From the human T2T-CHM13v2.0 reference genome, Homo sapiens, in the NCBI RefSeq assembly GCF_009914755.1, contig NC_060934.1: DNA of 64,000 nucleotides; one strand, given 5' to 3'. The notes beneath the pieces were generated by a model, which had not been told where the DNA came from, made no database searches, and was given only the letters and a program-made list of their open reading frames with translations. The position numbers were made by a program, and so were the translations under genes. Every line of letters begins with the position of its first letter. The first letter of the stretch is position 1. Positions 58,728 to 64,000 of the stretch are shown piece by piece.

Positions 58728-61089
58728 TCCCTTCCCAAACCAGGCGTCCTCTGGGTAGGAGGGTGGGGCTCCTGCAGTGTCACAGCAGCCCACATCCTGG
58801 AAATTGCCAAGGGCTTGCCCAGCACACAGCCTGACAGATGCAATTAGCTCTGCTAATTACAACAGCAAAAGAAGGCCTGGCCCTGGCATCACGTTCAGAG
58901 CCAAAAGGAGTAGCTGATAGGTTTCCTTTACGAAATGGAATAAAGGACTGGCTGAGGGCAGGGGAGGGCACTTTTAGCCGAGGCCTTGGGGGTGACTTGG
59001 GTCCCTTTCACTAGGTTCTGGGTCCTCCAAGAAAGAAGGAGCCAAGGGAGGCCCAAACTGCCATGAGTTTGGGCTGAACTCCTTCTGTATCCTGGCCTTG
59101 TGCTGCAGTTTCTCAGCCCCAGCTGATGAGGTACACAGTTGTTGGGGGGGAAATCAAGCCAAATATTTAAGAAAGTCAGAATATAGAGTTGAATTTAGGT
59201 TTCTTTATTTTACAGAGGTAGAAACCGAGGCCTCAAGAGAAGACATGCTAGGCCTGGAGGGTGGGTGGAGTAGAAGAGGCAGGCTGGGTATCATCCCGTG
59301 GACCCTCCCAGGGAGCACCTGGCAGTGATTCCAGCACAGAACAGGGGAAGGGTGGTGAAAGGTGAAGATGTTTACATGACCAGCCATTTAGGAAGCAGGT
59401 ACCCCATACTAGGCAGGATGCTAAGTACTCTGCATATGTTTTGTCATTTAATTGTCACAACCTCATTTAGGTAGTTGCATTAAAACTCTCTTACAGATGA
59501 AGAAGACTGATGTTCTGGGAAGGTCACTGGGTGGCCTCTAGGATTCCTGAGTCTGCAGTGCATGGCTGAATGTGAGCAGCACCTAGGCTGAGTCTGCCCC
59601 TCCCTCTGGTCTCCTTCCAACCCCTCAAGGGACTGATGGAAAACTGAGTGGGTCCTGCCTCTTCCCCTGCCTGGGGGTACCTCTGCAGCATCATTGTCAG
59701 TGGTGACCACCAAAATTATCCAGGTTGGCTGTCTCCCGAGCTTCCCAGGCCTTAGAAAAACAGGACTTTGAGAAAGGAGCATGAGTTCTACCCTGAGTCT
59801 TGGTTTTAGAGTTTGGAACTCATGGGCGGGCGGTCTGAGCCATCGTGAAACCCTCCTCCCATGGCCCAGCCTACTTGTCTCACCCTCAATTCCATGCTTC
59901 TCTCTAGCAGGGCTCACGCCCCATGCTGCAGTGACACCAGCTTCCCATAGCACAAGGCCAGCTCAGGGCCCTTCTCCAGGCACCTGCCCCTGGATCTGGC
60001 CTATCTCACCCTTCCTGGAACTCCTGCAGGTCAGGCCACCTTCCTGCTCTTTACTGTGTCACCCACCGGTCCCTGCCTTCCTACCTACAGTTCCAGCATG
60101 GTCAAGAAGCTGAATGTTCTCCTGCAGCCCCCAGGGTACCACGCACGGGGCTGGGCACACTGCAGGCTCCCAACATGTAAGTAGGAGTTGACTTATTGCA
60201 CATTGGGAGGAGGTGGCTGGTGGCAGATAGAGCTGGGGAGTGACATGTCTCCACCAACTCCCTCCTTGTTGCCTAACTCAGGACAGAGGACACAGCACAA
60301 ATGGCTCAGTAACAATGGCTCTGAATGTGTCACTGCTCAGCCTGATTGGCTCCCATCCTTCCAGGACAGTGGGACAGGAGAAGGGCTTTGCCCCAGCAAG
60401 TGCAAGGTCTCAGAGCTGCTCCCACCAGGGCATCTCTGGCTGGGTCCCTCTTCACTTGCACTCCAAATGGGGACAGGAGAGGGAATATAGAGGGGCAGGT
60501 GAGCAGACTGGGGCCGGAGGCTGGGCCCTGAAAGGGGAGGGAGGGACAGGCAAAGAAAGGAAGTGAGGAAAGAGGAAGGAAGAGGACCAACAAAAAGATC
60601 ATTGAGAAAGTAGGTGGAAAGGGTGCGTTTGCGGCTCTGGGCTTGCCGCACTTCCTTTTCTTCTCGGCGTCCTTGCAGCCCTGACCCCGTCCAGTCATCT
60701 GCCCCCTCTCCCACTGGGCAGGACCATCATGTTGGCCAACCCACCTCCCCCAGACCTGCCACCCTGTGGCCACTGGGCTCCTTCCCTTCCTCTCTCCAGA
60801 CACCTGTCTCGAGGACCCGGGTTGTAAAATCAAGTGTCTGGGAGGGCCAGCCCGCAGGGAAAATGAGCGGGGCTGCAGTGGACAGCTGAGAGGAGGGGAC
60901 ACTGGTCGACTGGATGGCACATGCTTCGTCTGAAGGGGCGAGTCCCCACGCCACACATTCTGTGCACCCAGAATGACAAGATCTTTTTTTTCCCAAAGAA
61001 AAGCCACTAATCTGGACTTTGTCAAAATCCCCCCATTTTTAAATGTTAGCTGCTATTTCAAAAATTCCTTAAAAACCATGTGAGCAACA

Positions 61090-61395
61090 CTGGGTGCAGT
61101 GGCTCACACCTATAATTCCCAGCACTTTGGAAGGCTGAGGCAGATGGATCGCCTGAGCTCAGGAGTTCGAGACCAGCCTTGGCAACATGGCGAAGCCCCG
61201 TCTCTACCAAAAATATAAAAAAACTAGCTGGGCGTGGTGGCACATGCCTGTGGTCCCAGCTACTCAGGAGGCTTAGGTGTGAGGATTGCTTGAGCCCGGG
61301 AGGCGGAGGTCACAGTGAGCTGAAATGGCGCCACTGCACTCCAACTTGGGTGATACAGTGAGACCCCGTCTTGAAAAGAAAAGAAAATGAAATAA
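61090..61395 (+). mobile_element. Alu (AluJ-like)
   Basis: Sense Alu with A-rich tail. Confidence 0.9.
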
Positions 61396-62780
61396 AATAT
61401 GTTAGTGGCCACCCAGAGCCTGTGGGCTCTGGTCTGCAACCCCCCATGAAGCGTTCCTCAAGGTAACCCCTAACCCAGGACTCTCCTTACTCCTACCCCA
61501 TCAGCAACTACTCAGCAAACCCACTATTTCCTCTGAGTCCATGACTCCCTGAAATACTGGCTCCACCTTTCTCCCCAAACCTAGGCCTGATTACTCCCGT
61601 GTCTCCTCGTTGGCCCCAGCAGCCACATTCGGAATAATCCTAACCAGCACTTATGAGGGCTGACTCTGTGCCAGCCCTTGTAGGAACTTAGTGTAAATGC
61701 CAGAGCAGATTTTCTTCCTTCCCCATGGCCTCTGCAAGGACTAGAAGAAAAGAGAGAAGAGGCTTTGTTGGGTTGGCATCCTGGTGACTTTTTTTAAGTC
61801 CCTCCCTCTTCCTAGAATGGGCCTTGAGGACACTTAATGCTTCGAGTGGGTGGAACCGGGCACCCCGAGTCCAGCCAGCGTGTGCACACGCGGACAGCAG
61901 AGGCTCGACTAAGCAAAAAGGCCTAATGGTGCTGCGCTAAGAAGCGCTTGGTATTAGAGTAAGGCCTGTGGGCCCTAGGAGCCCCAACTGTCCCTCCCTA
62001 ACCCAGGGGAGAGCCCAGACTGACTGAGTGGGATGCTGGGCTCAGAAGCACCCAGGGGTCAGTCTGGACTCTGGTGAGGTGGGGCAGCAGGACAGACAGC
62101 AGAGAGGGGAGAGCTCCACCCCAGTGCCCACCTGAGGTGGCCCTACCACCGAGCCGGTGGGGAAGTACACGAGGGGCAGAAGCTGCCTTTTTTTGCTCCA
62201 GCGAGCCTCTGTTGTCTGCATGTGGACACTCTGGCCGGACTCACAGGAGGTGCTGCTCACACCCGTCCAAAGCATTAAGTGCTCTCAAGGCCCACTCTTG
62301 GGAGAGGGAGCGGTTTCAAGAAGTCACCAGAATGCCAACTCTGTTCTCAGGACTGGGTCATGGGGGTGGTCTGCCAGCCAGCAGAGGCACAGGAAGGACA
62401 GAGGGCTGGACTCTGCTGGCTCTGGGTGGGTGAGCCACATCCTTCCTGTTCCCGCTCCTCCGCCGGCTGATGCACGTCCCTCGGCGAGCAGATGGAGAAG
62501 GCAGGGAAGCCATCCTCTCCCAGGAAGGACAGAGTGTCCCTCCGTCCAGCCACTCTGCCTGCCTCCTCCAGCAGGACATCATAGAAATCACAGCATCTTG
62601 GGACAGACAGACAAATGCCTGATCTCTACGGCTGGGTTGTGGAGAGGACAGTGAGAAGAGACTACAAGGAGTAAAACAGTAGCAGAGACAAGGAGGGGGC
62701 TCCCCTGCAACCCCTGAGCTCTGGCCCACACCTCCTTTTCTCCCACGCGTTCCCTCCAGGGCATCTCAGATCCATTCAAC

Positions 62781-63209
62781 TGTGTGGGTTGAATGGCAGC
62801 CCTCAAAATATACGTCCTCGCGCTAATCCCCAGCCCCTATGAATGGGACCTAAAAGGGTCTTTGCAGATGTGATTAAATTAAAGAACTTGAGATGAGATC
62901 ATCCTGGATTACCCGGGTGGGCCTTAAATCCAATGACAAGTATCCTTATGAAGTGACACAAAAGAGAGAGACAGAGGAGAGGTGAGGGGAGACGGAGGCC
63001 AGGATGGGAGTGACGCTGCCACAGCTGAGCATCATCTGAGACAACAGGAGCTGGAAGAGGCAAAGAGGGACTCTCCTCTAGAGTATCTGGAGGGAGTGTG
63101 GCCCTGATACCTTGATCCTGGTCTCCAGAACTGTGAAAATAAATGCCCACTGTCTTAAGCCCTCCTGGTGTGTGGCAACTTGTTATGGCCACCCCAGGAG
63201 ACTACTGCA
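62781..63209 (+). mobile_element. MLT1-family MaLR solo LTR
   Basis: gggtctttgcagatgtgattaa...gatcatcctggattacccgggtgggcc...ccagaactgtgaaaataaat...ttgttatggc. Confidence 0.8.
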
Positions 63210-64000
63210 GTCTCAAAGCGCAATGCACCCTCCTCTCTCCCAGCCAGCTCCCCTCGCTGACCTTCCTCTTGTTGGGGTATCTCCAGTCTCCCCAGCCACC
63301 TCTGACCTGGCCTTTGCTCTGCACCGAAGCCTGGGGATTCCACGTGAGATGGAATCTCTCTCGTGTGCTGGCCAGCGTAGGCCTTTGGGGTCAGCTCATC
63401 TGAGCTCTCCCTAACACTCCAAACCCCCAGTTAGCTCCCCAACCCTGCACGTCTCCCCTCCCCATTTCAAGGGAGTCTTGTTTCCATGGGACACAAGTCA
63501 GCGCTTTAAGAATGTTCAAGGCCTGGCCCAACCAGCCTCAGAGGACCTCTTGGTTCCCTCTCTGCCTGGCCCGGCCACTTCAGATCATCTCCTGTCCCCC
63601 AGATAGCTCCTGCACCTCCCCACCATTCCTGGAAACATCCATGCTTCACCCCTCTGCTGGCCAAAACCCTACCCAACTGACCTCACAGCAAGCCCATCTC
63701 AGACTCCACCTCCAAGGAGCCTTCCAGGATCCCAAGACAAATCCCTCTTTCTTCCAAGGGATAGGAGAACAGGGGAGGGAGAGGGACATATGAATTAGGC
63801 CCCACTGAGTGCACCAGGTACCTCATGTAGGTCAGGTGGCTCTGTAGATGCACCGGCACACAGCAGGCACCCAACCGAGGCTGGTCCCATGTGTCTCTAT
63901 CCTTGAGTTATTGCATTTAACCCACGCAGCAACCCCGGGGGAGGGGGCCATCAGCCTCATGTCCCTGGCAGGAGCCCAAGGTGCTGAGAGGTGGGGCAAT

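Noticed and set aside
60330-61025. 231-aa minus-strand ORF in the ITPRIP intron
   Set aside because: GC-rich, low-complexity sequence with no domain or splice support
59500-63000. Possible ITPRIP antisense lncRNA recalled for this area
   Set aside because: Exons cannot be supported from the sequence alone

Overview
Human genomic DNA, recognisable as the chr10q25.1 GSTO1-GSTO2-ITPRIP locus. It holds the last two coding exons of GSTO1 (+), the MIR4482 hairpin (-), all of GSTO2 (+; non-coding exon 1 plus 6 coding exons, 243 aa, Asp142 allele) and the single coding exon and 3' UTR of ITPRIP (-; 547 aa, Mab-21/cGAS-like fold). The rest is intronic or intergenic, with many Alu, L1, MaLR/ERV LTR and MER elements. 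Top novel candidate: a chain of about 8 phase-compatible, minus-strand exon-like segments nested in GSTO2 intron 5 (about 25.8-32.4 kb). It looks like a decayed multi-exon protein-coding gene (unitary pseudogene) with an internally duplicated exon end, disrupted by Alu and L1 insertions. Second: an ungapped, 83%-identical, stop-free copy of ITPRIP C-terminal coding sequence lies inside ITPRIP's own 3' UTR. Exon boundaries were read by hand; repeat boundaries are approximate and subfamily names come from memory of consensus sequences.
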